Source of the DNA: Verrucomicrobiales bacterium
GTDB taxonomy: Bacteria > Verrucomicrobiota > Verrucomicrobiia > Verrucomicrobiales > V1-33
Assembly: GCA_031411295.1 (NCBI GenBank)
Contig: JANOAV010000150.1
Coordinates: 25,216 to 89,215, forward strand
Direction: 5' to 3'
Length of the DNA stretch: 64,000 nt
The position numbers and the translations under genes are program-made. Below, piece by piece: positions 29,201-37,700 of the stretch (position 1 is the first letter of the stretch; every line of letters begins with the position of its first letter). Below the pieces are notes generated by a model. The model did no database searches and was not told the origin of the DNA. It was given only the letters and a program-made list of their open reading frames with translations.

Positions 29201-30031
29201 TATCCCTAACTGAGTAACCGTTTCCACGGTGTATGAGTCCGCTGACACAAACGGCGCCCTGAAGGCCCCTGATTCATCGCACTCAATAAATAGTGGAATT
29301 TCCGAAATCGGGGCACCCACTCGTTTCAAGATCACCAACGCACCACCAGCTCTAACGTAGAGGGGCTGTCCATCAGGAGAAACGTATTGATAAGCGGCGT
29401 AGCCATACACGGGCCCACCCGGTCCATACGTGCCCTGCACTGGCTCCGAGACATCACTTTGGCCCGCATCATTTTTGGCCACCAGGGTGATCGAATATTT
29501 GGCTCCTTTCGTCAGTTCCGGCAGCACGGCTGAAGCCGCCCAGCCCACATCCAGCACCAGATCCGACCCCAGTGGCAACAACGGTCCTGACCCTCCCGAG
29601 CCCATTTCGTGAATAATAATCAAATACCCGCCCGCCTCTGCAGCAGGCGTCCACGTCAGCCTCCAATCCGTCCGCCCCATCAGCAGCGCCACATCCTTCG
29701 GCACCGCAGGAGCCCCGGCAGGAAGCAGGGAAAAGAAGCCGCGCTGTTTTGCTGCATTGATCTCCGCCCGCCAGGAGCCATCCGCCGCCATGCTAGGCAG
29801 AAGGGTCGCAGCCCCCTCGAACTTTAGGTCCGTGGACCACTTCAGATCGTATGCTCCCGTGCCTGCGTTCCACCGCACGGCGTGGGTGGTTCCTTCCTGC
29901 AAGAAAGAAAACCCAGTCTCCGGCGGCGGGGCTTCCCCGAACGACCAAGCCGCCAGATAAATTGGCACCATGGCCCGAATCAGTTGCGCAAAGGCGCGAA
30001 AGCGGGATTTCAGAGGGTTCAAGCGTTTCAT
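26249..30031 (-). CDS. Large secreted multidomain protein (FN3/beta-sandwich domains) with C-terminal c-type heme motifs
   Basis: 1260 aa; signal-like N-terminus, FN3-like YSITLVAKNDAGQS, CISCH and CRGCH. Confidence 0.8.
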   Translation of the reverse strand: MKRLNPLKSRFRAFAQLIRAMVPIYLAAWSFGEAPPPETGFSFLQEGTTHAVRWNAGTGAYDLKWSTDLKFEGAATLLPSMAADGSWRAEINAAKQRGFFSLLPAGAPAVPKDVALLMGRTDWRLTWTPAAEAGGYLIIIHEMGSGGSGPLLPLGSDLVLDVGWAASAVLPELTKGAKYSITLVAKNDAGQSDVSEPVQGTYGPGGPVYGYAAYQYVSPDGQPLYVRAGGALVILKRVGAPISEIPLFIECDESGAFRAPFVSADSYTVETVTQLGIPGPPVTLQVGQEGATIQPVSIATDPHSIFGRIRFADGTRVGMDDPLWGISHRATVQILRKGTTLISEVMADAQGGYAAPPPESGDYPVTIKVSYQNLETSLTINPSEEEQGKPPIRDLKFTDSPPRATRISAWQNGKEVEQIKPGVPVEFHAEADNPKGLPLDHRWHVESLDGKGDKQKKEFPEFSFQADSKDQDVTIRLNLSDLASTSFTTFRTFRIFSPPAGAVGAYSGMVAAWDPASPDALSPLSGATITCRPPDGVPVSSSTNANGYFESNVHPSFYSYGYPAPHYDYLVRVEKPGYVRFLWAFNSSLPNEQTFPLVPTVTSTLTYNGSPTTVTHSNGMSVGIMAGGLQTSAGLPYTGPITVSTATFNPLIRLPLPHGMFINSGLYANQLLDPTHAAWVDIRTDAGAPLILTGVNLAFPTAAILPLSRNYDAYWQNETSALFDPADTATSTAGSSGIILPVTKSGLYFLGEHRAAGELSFEADRSLNYPFEVMVGKSTFPITIKGPSDTNWTFGTLFFPLATPLDLSVLDQRQAPGLLPTDLSTATTWTPPWKKRVVIQRTVTATTDSRLHPVLLSLSSSIPGLKRPDATTVTDLEDENHFLSRSSNPAVLVPDHFSTERQRILLSENLSSTDYYQTIRAPRNFTAWKTLNGFPAEFGAPLPGVPAEDYANAHYYNLADLGFARAQSMRVRMAADGQPDVAFYVTNYANLEDARRGVSAVATVCMDYSLRADLTGGLHRHTRFYVYAGNFDQELGRAADLDRAGFKAVPGLCISCHGGSRYEPTIPAFHGTTGPPDFLPIDRRAIPGSGGDLGSRFLPFDLESYTFHPKWGVEKNELARMNAGVVKTQTTSDGHQTDITKLILGWYGGAPNASPESFDAAFIPPSWSKPGLYGAFKIGCRGCHISRDDAPGLQFSNQASFTSYGLPLCTSLEMPHSQRTWSSFWGTKAARSLGDLSTPDLPAALHDHEGSPGGCPALSR

Positions 30032-30232
30032 AAGCTAGGCTGCAAGGGATGGATATGGTTTAAAATTGCGCTAGTGCCTCCACGGACAGGGAACAAGAGA
30101 TGGCGTCACTATGGGGAAGAACCTTTCCTCGGCAGAAATGACAAAAATCCCAAAATTTCTCCAAAAAAGTTCTCAGCCCAGCTAATCAGCGGGCGGAAGC
30201 GAATCGCTGCTGCCCTGCGCCAGAGCCTGTCT

Positions 30233-31128
30233 CTGATAGGAATTTGCTTTTTCAGGGGGCGTTGGATTGGGGTTCGGAATCGGGGAGTGGGGGGCTGGGG
30301 GGAGAGAGGGGGCGGGAAGGATGAATTATGAAGGGAAAGGGATGAGTTAGAGGTGTGCCCGTCCTTCGTGGGGGCAATAATGGTGTTTTGCATGGGAGGA
30401 CGGGGTGGTTCACGGTGGTTTTCCTATTCTAATGAGAATAGCTCTCCTGCTCCGCGTTGCCAAGATTTTTCTTGGTAGCGGATTTTGCGGTTTTCCTTCG
30501 GCCACTTCCTGCTCTTAAGCGGATTCTAGGACGAGCGTGCGGTCGTCTCCGAGATCAATTTCTGGAGCCTTCCAGGCTTGTTCGGTAGTTTCGTCGGTGC
30601 TTTGATCCCAGAGTTCGAGGGTGTCAGCAAATGGCGCTTCGTCTTCGTCGGCTGGAATCCAGCCTCGGATGGCTTGCCAGGGTGGGTGGATGGGTCCGAA
30701 GGTGTCGATGTAGAATGGTGGCTCGGGTGGTGGGGGAAGGCTGATGAGGGCCACCCACAAGCCGAGGAGGCGGAGGAAAAATTTGATTTCCTCCGAGCGG
30801 GAGATGGTTTCGGCGCGACGCATGGTGCCTTGGCAGCAGGGACATTTGAGGGGGTCGGTGCCCCAGACGCGGAGGATGAGGTCCCGCCACAAGGGGCGCT
30901 TGGCGCGGGCGGTGGCTTTGGGTGGGGCGGGGTGGACTTGGGATTTGAGATTTGAATTTTCTGATTCGAGATTTGGGGAGGTGGGTGCAGGTGGGGGAAT
31001 GATGGCTGCGGTGGGTTTGGTGAGGCCGCGGGTTTTGTTGGAATAGAGGCCGTAGTAGCGAATCGTTTGACTTCGTCTAAGCAGAATGCGGCTATGCCGG
31101 TTTGCAGTGCCGCTCATCGCGGCATGGA
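30233..31128 (-). mobile_element. IS91-family remnant #4 (transposase C-terminal third + oriIS)
   Basis: QTIRYYGLYSNKTRG (Y2 motif), WRDLILRVWGTDPLKCPCCQGTM, IKFFLRLLGLW; oriIS at 30233. Confidence 0.88.
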
Positions 31129-31239
31129 CCGTCGGTTTATTGCTCCAAGTGCTGCGAAGTCTGGCCACAACGAAGCATGAGGAGGGAAGGCAGAAAAATA
31201 CCGTTTGAGTTATTTGCTGCCATTGGGAATACTCTATGG

Positions 31240-32097
31240 ATGGCAGCAGATTCTCATGATAGCGGGATTGGGGTTACGTTGTGCTCATCCTTTCTTGGTT
31301 TTTATACGCACGCTGGATTTCTGGCGGGGTTGCAGGCAGAGGGATTGGCACCCAAGCACTTGGCCGGAGCCTCCTCCGGTGGGATGGTGGCCGGATTGAC
31401 AGCGGCTGGTATCAGCCCGCAGGATCAATTGGAATTTTATTGCAGTAAAGCCTTCCGCTATGCTTTCCTGGAGCCGAAACACATGATCAGTATTCCGTTT
31501 CTCCGGTTACTCGGTCGCCCCGCTACCGGGCTTTCCACCGGGCAACGGGCGGTGGAGTTATTGCGGGAGTTCATCGGTAACAAGCGGATTGAAGACTGCG
31601 CACAGGCCCAGTTGGCGCTGGCGGTTACCAACCTCACGCTCGGGCGCTCGGAGATTCGCCAGGTCGGCCCGCTGGCGGAGACGATCGTGGCGAGTTGCGC
31701 CTATCCGACCATGGTGCAACAGCAGCGACTGGGGGAGGAGTTGTTTTGGGATGGCGGCATTGCCAACGATGGACCGTTTGGTCATTGGTTGGGGCAGGGG
31801 CAGGTGAGGACCATTTTGATTCACAGCGTTGGCATGCCCAGTCATCGACTCGTGACCGGACGCATGGGAATTCGCCAGGGATTCCATCGCTGTCTGGATG
31901 CCATTGGCGCAGAGTTGTTCCGTCTGCGCCATGAGTTGGCGAAAATGAATCATCAAACGGTTCGGCGCTGGAACACCCCCACCAAACGCCCGCTGCTCTT
32001 CATCAGTGAGGCTTCCGGGCGGGCCAATTTTGCCGCAGGCGAGGCGATGGGACGAGAGGCCGCGCAGAGTTTATTGGAGGCGGATGCCCACGGCTAG
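31240..32097 (+). CDS. Patatin-like phospholipase
   Basis: SSFLGFYTHAG, GASSG nucleophile motif, DGG. Confidence 0.88.
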   Translation: MAADSHDSGIGVTLCSSFLGFYTHAGFLAGLQAEGLAPKHLAGASSGGMVAGLTAAGISPQDQLEFYCSKAFRYAFLEPKHMISIPFLRLLGRPATGLSTGQRAVELLREFIGNKRIEDCAQAQLALAVTNLTLGRSEIRQVGPLAETIVASCAYPTMVQQQRLGEELFWDGGIANDGPFGHWLGQGQVRTILIHSVGMPSHRLVTGRMGIRQGFHRCLDAIGAELFRLRHELAKMNHQTVRRWNTPTKRPLLFISEASGRANFAAGEAMGREAAQSLLEADAHG

Positions 32098-32274
32098 CCC
32101 GCATTTCTCACCAGAATCTGCTGCGGCTTGACCTTGCTTGATTTACCGGCGTTGCGCTGGTTTGCTCCTTGGGCAGTATGTCCTCATACAGCCCGGCGTC
32201 GCATCCTGCGCGCGCCTTGGTAAATCAAGCAATCTCTGCGCCTCGCGACGATTCTGGTGAGAAATGCGGGCTAG
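32094..32274. mobile_element. MITE-like element, 181 bp, with 25-bp perfect terminal inverted repeats
   Basis: CTAGCCCGCATTTCTCACCAGAATC ... GATTCTGGTGAGAAATGCGGGCTAG; inner IR TTGCTTGATTTACC/GGTAAATCAAGCAA. Confidence 0.85.
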
Positions 32275-33494
32275 ACTTTCAAATAAAGTTTCTTGCGGTG
32301 CATCCAGAGCAGGATGAGCCAGAACATCAGCAAGACCACACTTCCCAGCACCACTGGCTGCATTTCCGGCCCCAGGAGGAGGAACGGTGTGGGGCCAAAG
32401 TGCTGCACCAAGGTTTCCTCCAGAAATTCATCGATGGTGTGGAAGAGTAAATACATGGCCAGTGAATTCATGCCCATAACGATGAGCGGGAAAGCCCAGC
32501 GCTGGTAATACTTTACGTCCATAACATAATAGAATCCCGCCATCATGACACCACTCCAGCCAGCGCTGAATAACACCCAGGAAGGCGTCCAGAGTTTCTT
32601 GATGAGTGGACAAACTCCCAACCCATGCAAGCCCCAACCGAGCGCGATGCCCGCCACTCCATACTTGAGTAAGCGAACCACGATCCACGTGGAGCGCGGC
32701 TGGCTGCTCGCTTGTTTCAGCCAGGCTCCTGCGATCAATCCCAGAATCATATTTGCCAGCGTGGGGATGAAATTGAGGGTGTTATAGCCGCCCGTATAAC
32801 CCACCCAGGGTCGGGAACGCGGAAACAGATTGAGGAACCAGGAATCGAACGCCCAGGCGGCATTGCGATTTAAGTTCCAGTGGGCATAAAATCCCTGGGC
32901 GTGATGCGACCAGCCATCTGGAATGTTTACTGCCGCATCGTCGAAATTTGCCGGGGGCAGGGGTTGCTGCACGAAGAACCACCAATAACCCACTAAAATC
33001 AGACCGACACTAACCCAGCGCACCCGCTGACTAGCGAAACTGAGCGCAAAGAGAAACGGGTAGCCCAATCCCATCTGGGTCAGCGTATCTTCGAAGGTCC
33101 AATTCGTGGACTCCCGCCCCAAGCTGCGCACGAAAATGCCCAGCAGGATCAGTAAAACCGAGCGGGCCAGCGCATGCAGCCACAGTCTTCCAGTGCTCTG
33201 ACCCCGGGCCACGCGGCTGGAAATGGAGAACGCCAGAGCCACTCCCACCATGAAAACAAACGAGGGATGAATGAGGTCATACAGGCAGCAACCGACCCAC
33301 GGCACATGCCACGAGTGGAAGCCCAGCACTTGCCACCAGCTACTCGGTGGGAAATTTTTTGCCACGTCGTCTAAGTGTAGCAATTCCAGTCCCATCAATA
33401 ACATCACAAAGCCGCGATACGCGTCCAGTGAGGTAAGTCGCGCAACTGGCAACAGCGGAATTTCGGTGGAAGGGCGGACGGACATAGTCGGCAT
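32271..33494 (-). CDS. DUF5009 / HGSNAT-like membrane acyltransferase
   Basis: RLTSLDAYRG, DLIHPSFVFMVG, PLIKKLWTPSW, GMNSLAMY, KLYLKV. Confidence 0.88.
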   Translation of the reverse strand: MPTMSVRPSTEIPLLPVARLTSLDAYRGFVMLLMGLELLHLDDVAKNFPPSSWWQVLGFHSWHVPWVGCCLYDLIHPSFVFMVGVALAFSISSRVARGQSTGRLWLHALARSVLLILLGIFVRSLGRESTNWTFEDTLTQMGLGYPFLFALSFASQRVRWVSVGLILVGYWWFFVQQPLPPANFDDAAVNIPDGWSHHAQGFYAHWNLNRNAAWAFDSWFLNLFPRSRPWVGYTGGYNTLNFIPTLANMILGLIAGAWLKQASSQPRSTWIVVRLLKYGVAGIALGWGLHGLGVCPLIKKLWTPSWVLFSAGWSGVMMAGFYYVMDVKYYQRWAFPLIVMGMNSLAMYLLFHTIDEFLEETLVQHFGPTPFLLLGPEMQPVVLGSVVLLMFWLILLWMHRKKLYLKV

Positions 33495-33727
33495 GTAACC
33501 TTATGAAATTACCCGCCTCGTCAAGTCGGCAATCGCGGAGTCAACACGCGATCACACGACGAATTGGCCGAACTACGCTAAGCAATACCCCTGCCTGTGT
33601 GCGGGGCTTCGAAAGCCCCGCTCCCGGTGCGTGTAAATCCGCCATGATGTGGTGCTGGCCAGCAGACGATCTTCGTGCCCGTGGCTGGAGGCCGCGGCTT
33701 CTATTGCATCCTGCGTTTGCCGTAACG

Positions 33728-34921
33728 TTAGAACTGGACGGTTAGGCCCGCTCCCGCCGTCCATCCGTCCATTTCCAAACTGAAGGAGGAAGGCCCGACG
33801 GAGCCAGTGAGGTTTTGTCCCCAGTCATAGCGCCCGAAGGCGGTCAGCGCGAAGCCGCGGCCCAAGGCCACTTCCAGGCCGCTCTGCAAATAGAAACCTG
33901 GGAGCAAATCCGTTCCACTGGAGTGATCAGACCATTTTTTCAGGACCCGATTCCTCCCTCCATTCCGACTGATGAATACGATCTCGCTCTGGCTGGCATC
34001 CCACGAAGCAATATTTAAAGCCGCCCCCAGACCCAAGGCCAGGGTAACCGGACCGCGTGACCACGTGACGTTGCTGCCCAGCGAGAGGGTGTAATTTTTC
34101 AAATCAAACGAACTTCTACCGATGTTCGAGAACTCCACGGAGCTAGCTCCCGCACGCCCCCCACCATTCACGCGGTTGATCGGAACGTTGTAAACGATCG
34201 GACTGACGGAGTCATATTGGCCACTGTAACCGCCCAAAGGAATGGTGTCGGCATTGCTCGCAATATCAAAGCTGTCTATGCGCGACTGAGTGCGGAATGA
34301 CGAGTTCTGCCCTGCGCTGAGATTGCTGAAGGAGCGACTGGATTCGAACGGCAGATAACTGAACACCCCGTCAAATTTCACGGCCCAGGCACCACGCAAG
34401 GGCAGGACATAACTGAGCTGCACGAAAGGCCCCCAGCCATCCGCCTCCGCGTCCCAAGTGGTCGTGGGCTGCCCATTACGGAAGGAACCGAAGCTGCTGG
34501 AAAGACTGCTGTCGTGCAGTGTCAAGGTGCTGTCCTCATTCTGGTTGGTCCCCAGATCCAGTTGGCTGTTCTCGTTGTATCCCCAGTAGGCCGTAAGCCC
34601 ATCGACACTGGTGCCGATATCCTGGAAGACGTAGCCATCGTCATATGTCCGGTCCGCTTCGGAAAGATCATCTCCGCTGCGATAAGATTTGCGCCCCTGA
34701 GCCGACAGTAGCGTGGGTAGAACAAAGGCGGCACTGCGGGTGCGGGTCTCGAAACGAAAATCCCCCAGACTCCGATATTGCCAACCACCACCGATTTGCC
34801 ACGGAGACTTGTCGGAAGGAATGACCACGGGCGGAACTGGCGTTTTCCCATTGGCTGAAGGGCCAGCGACCAGAGTCGAGGCAGCGGCTAGACTACAGGA
34901 GAGAGTGATAAATGAACGCAT
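33728..34921 (-). CDS. Putative outer-membrane beta-barrel protein
   Basis: Signal peptide, DRTYDDGYV motif, amphipathic strands, C-terminal GLTVQF. Confidence 0.7.
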   Translation of the reverse strand: MRSFITLSCSLAAASTLVAGPSANGKTPVPPVVIPSDKSPWQIGGGWQYRSLGDFRFETRTRSAAFVLPTLLSAQGRKSYRSGDDLSEADRTYDDGYVFQDIGTSVDGLTAYWGYNENSQLDLGTNQNEDSTLTLHDSSLSSSFGSFRNGQPTTTWDAEADGWGPFVQLSYVLPLRGAWAVKFDGVFSYLPFESSRSFSNLSAGQNSSFRTQSRIDSFDIASNADTIPLGGYSGQYDSVSPIVYNVPINRVNGGGRAGASSVEFSNIGRSSFDLKNYTLSLGSNVTWSRGPVTLALGLGAALNIASWDASQSEIVFISRNGGRNRVLKKWSDHSSGTDLLPGFYLQSGLEVALGRGFALTAFGRYDWGQNLTGSVGPSSFSLEMDGWTAGAGLTVQF

Positions 34922-35059
34922 GATGGAGTAGGTTGAAGGAGTAAACACTTCAGCGCTTTTCTGCGATCTATGCAAGGAAATCCGCAGGATTCAACGCGTC
35001 AACCATGGCGGATTTTGGCAGACTCCACCATCATGATTTCCGCCCATTCTTAAATTTCA

Positions 35060-37435
35060 CTAAGGTTTCGCGGAGGCGGCAGCGGCAGCTCTCGCTTGCT
35101 TGTCTTTGATCGATTTCTCCACTGCTCGCTTCAGGTATCGGCGGACAACACCGAGACTGCTCGGGTGGCGTTCGCTGATCTTCACCGAAGTAACCTGATT
35201 TCTCTCCGAATCGGTGAGGTGCCAGGAAAGCGGTGGACTGCCACGAAAAGCGAAGACTGCATTTTCAATGTTTACCTTGCCTGGTTCACCCAGCTGGTTG
35301 GGGCGATTCTTCGGCCACCAAATATCGGTCAACATTTCAAAATCATCCGAATTGTGCTGTCTTTGGCCCGTCGTGCGGACCGACATTAAGGCCTGTAAGG
35401 GTGCGGTTAATTCGGTTATAATGCCTTCCGCCAAGGGTGCGGGTATTTGGGAAGCCCGGACCTGATCGTTGCCGTCCCAGGAAATATTTTGGGGGCGCGG
35501 TGCTGCTCCGCTTTGAATCTGAATGACCAGCACTTGTTGGGGGCACTGCAATCCTGACGGTGGCGGATGAACTGGATCTAAAGATTGCGCCCTGAGCGTG
35601 ATCAAGGCTCCGTGCAGCCAGCGGGTGAGCACCGCCATGCCATAGTTGTCGAAGTAGCCGCCATCCACCGCGTGCTCCTCACGGGCCTCATTGCGAACCC
35701 TAGCCGCTGGCGTCACGAAAGGAAAGGAAGCACTCGCACGGGCTGCGGAGACCACTGGAATCGAATACCCTCCCTGGGGCGCATACAGCCAGTCCTGCAC
35801 GTCGCCTGCGGCAGGATCGAAAGAGGTATTCCCGAACACGAGAGGAGTGCCTCGTTCCACGCTGGTCGCGTTAAATAAGACTGCCGGACATTTCCTAGTC
35901 TTCACCCCTGCAATCCAATCGCTTAAGAGAACGCCCTTCAAGCCCGGGGAATGCTGCAGCCAGTCCTGTTCCATCGACACGCCACGGTCCGTCCCCTGGG
36001 AAACGGGGATGACGCCGGATAAAATATCATGAAAAACCAATCCATGGACGACGGCTCCGAGACTGGACGCTCCACTGGCTTGAGTTAGGGCATGGCTCTG
36101 CAGGTCGGGTTTTCCCTGGGCCATGGTGTTTACGAAATACATAAGACCATAACTGCCGCCGGAAACTCCACTAACACAGCGCACGCGTTTCAAAAATTCG
36201 TGGCCCCAAACGATTTCCTTATTCTCATGGTCCATCATTTTCTCACCAGGATCACTCATGAGTTCCTCCAGCACATGCGCGGCCCAGAGCCCTGCATGAA
36301 TGCCTCCTCCTTCGGCTGCAATGAGGATGGGAAAACCGTCATCTGGATCCTTGGGATCCACTCCGAGCACCTCGGAGGCAGGAATCGGCACTTTGTTGGA
36401 TGCGGCCACCGGCTCGATGACGTGAGATTGCCGCCAGAACAGTGAAACCCCGAACACCCAAATAGCCAGTAGCAGCGTGACGGGCACAGGAATGCGGTCA
36501 AAGAAAAAGGCAATCCCACTGCACACGAGGCAAGCCGCCAACAGCAGGGCCAGCAGGCTGACCAAGGGCGCTACCTCCGAAGGCGACATCAAACCAATGC
36601 CCAGCAAAATCAGTGTTGCCGCCAAGGTGTAGGCCATCAGCAGGAAGTGACCTACTAGCAATTCAATGGGAGGCCGAGTCGGTGGAAGATGGTCCGGAGT
36701 GTCGTGCTCTGAAGTCGCGTGCGGAATTGGCCTCGTGATGCCAGTCAGCAGAGAATCAGGCAACCAACGGAGCGCTGTGCCGCAACTGGTCCAAATTATC
36801 CCCACAATTTGGCCAATAAACGAAGCGTGGGTCAAGTCACTTTTAGCTCGGCTGTATTTGGAATGCTGCTCATCCGCAGACGATTCTAGTTTGCGAAGCA
36901 AAGCCGAGCCCATTACCTCTGTAGATTCCACCCCGCCAACTGAGCGAGCAATCCAGACAGCGCCTATGTATAGGATGAAGGCAAGGCCAATCCCCAGGCT
37001 CAAATAGAGCACCGTCCGGAGCCCTGAGATCCCCTCGCTACCAGTCCAACCACTTTCGCTCACCCGTTGAATTAACACCGCAATCATGGGGGCTAGGCTG
37101 ATCAAAAACCAGCCAGCATCCCGCAACCAGTTGGGAACGCCAGGCCCACTGGAGGATTCCAGCCCCTTGGCTTTGAAATCGAATCGTTCAGGGCCGTAGA
37201 TCCTCACTAACCTTGCGGGCAATCGCATGCCCCACATTAGGAGCATACTCATCAGTCCCGTGAGGAATAAGCTGGTGCCCGTATCGATGTCGAAGACCCC
37301 GCGGACCATTCCGCCAATGCTTTGATTGCAGACTAGTGCCGGTAAAGCCAGGGTAATACCCGCTGTGACCAATTGCACTCGGTAGTAATAGAGCCGGAGG
37401 GCCCAGCGAATGACGCGAAGACAGAGTTCTTTCAT
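35060..37435 (-). CDS. Membrane protein with C-terminal patatin-like domain
   Basis: Multiple TM helices; AEGGGIHA, SGVSGGS, SASFPFVTP, VDGGYFDNYG. Confidence 0.85.
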   Translation of the reverse strand: MKELCLRVIRWALRLYYYRVQLVTAGITLALPALVCNQSIGGMVRGVFDIDTGTSLFLTGLMSMLLMWGMRLPARLVRIYGPERFDFKAKGLESSSGPGVPNWLRDAGWFLISLAPMIAVLIQRVSESGWTGSEGISGLRTVLYLSLGIGLAFILYIGAVWIARSVGGVESTEVMGSALLRKLESSADEQHSKYSRAKSDLTHASFIGQIVGIIWTSCGTALRWLPDSLLTGITRPIPHATSEHDTPDHLPPTRPPIELLVGHFLLMAYTLAATLILLGIGLMSPSEVAPLVSLLALLLAACLVCSGIAFFFDRIPVPVTLLLAIWVFGVSLFWRQSHVIEPVAASNKVPIPASEVLGVDPKDPDDGFPILIAAEGGGIHAGLWAAHVLEELMSDPGEKMMDHENKEIVWGHEFLKRVRCVSGVSGGSYGLMYFVNTMAQGKPDLQSHALTQASGASSLGAVVHGLVFHDILSGVIPVSQGTDRGVSMEQDWLQHSPGLKGVLLSDWIAGVKTRKCPAVLFNATSVERGTPLVFGNTSFDPAAGDVQDWLYAPQGGYSIPVVSAARASASFPFVTPAARVRNEAREEHAVDGGYFDNYGMAVLTRWLHGALITLRAQSLDPVHPPPSGLQCPQQVLVIQIQSGAAPRPQNISWDGNDQVRASQIPAPLAEGIITELTAPLQALMSVRTTGQRQHNSDDFEMLTDIWWPKNRPNQLGEPGKVNIENAVFAFRGSPPLSWHLTDSERNQVTSVKISERHPSSLGVVRRYLKRAVEKSIKDKQARAAAAASAKP

Positions 37436-37700
37436 AATACAGGTAAAGATAAAGGTGTTCCCCTTCCTGCGGCAGCGGCCGCGTGCAGGGCTTAATGGTA
37501 TCTACCGATTTTTCGCACAAACGTTACCAGAAAATCCACAAAGGACCGATGGACCCGTCTTAAGACACACTTTACCAACAGTGCTCTGCCACAGTAGGCT
37601 CCAACAAACGGATGTCTGGAGTAGGCGCTTGGTTCGAGAAATTTTCATCGCTGGTGAATTTCGTTTCAGCTGGTGCTGATCCCCGACGCCCTACGAAATT

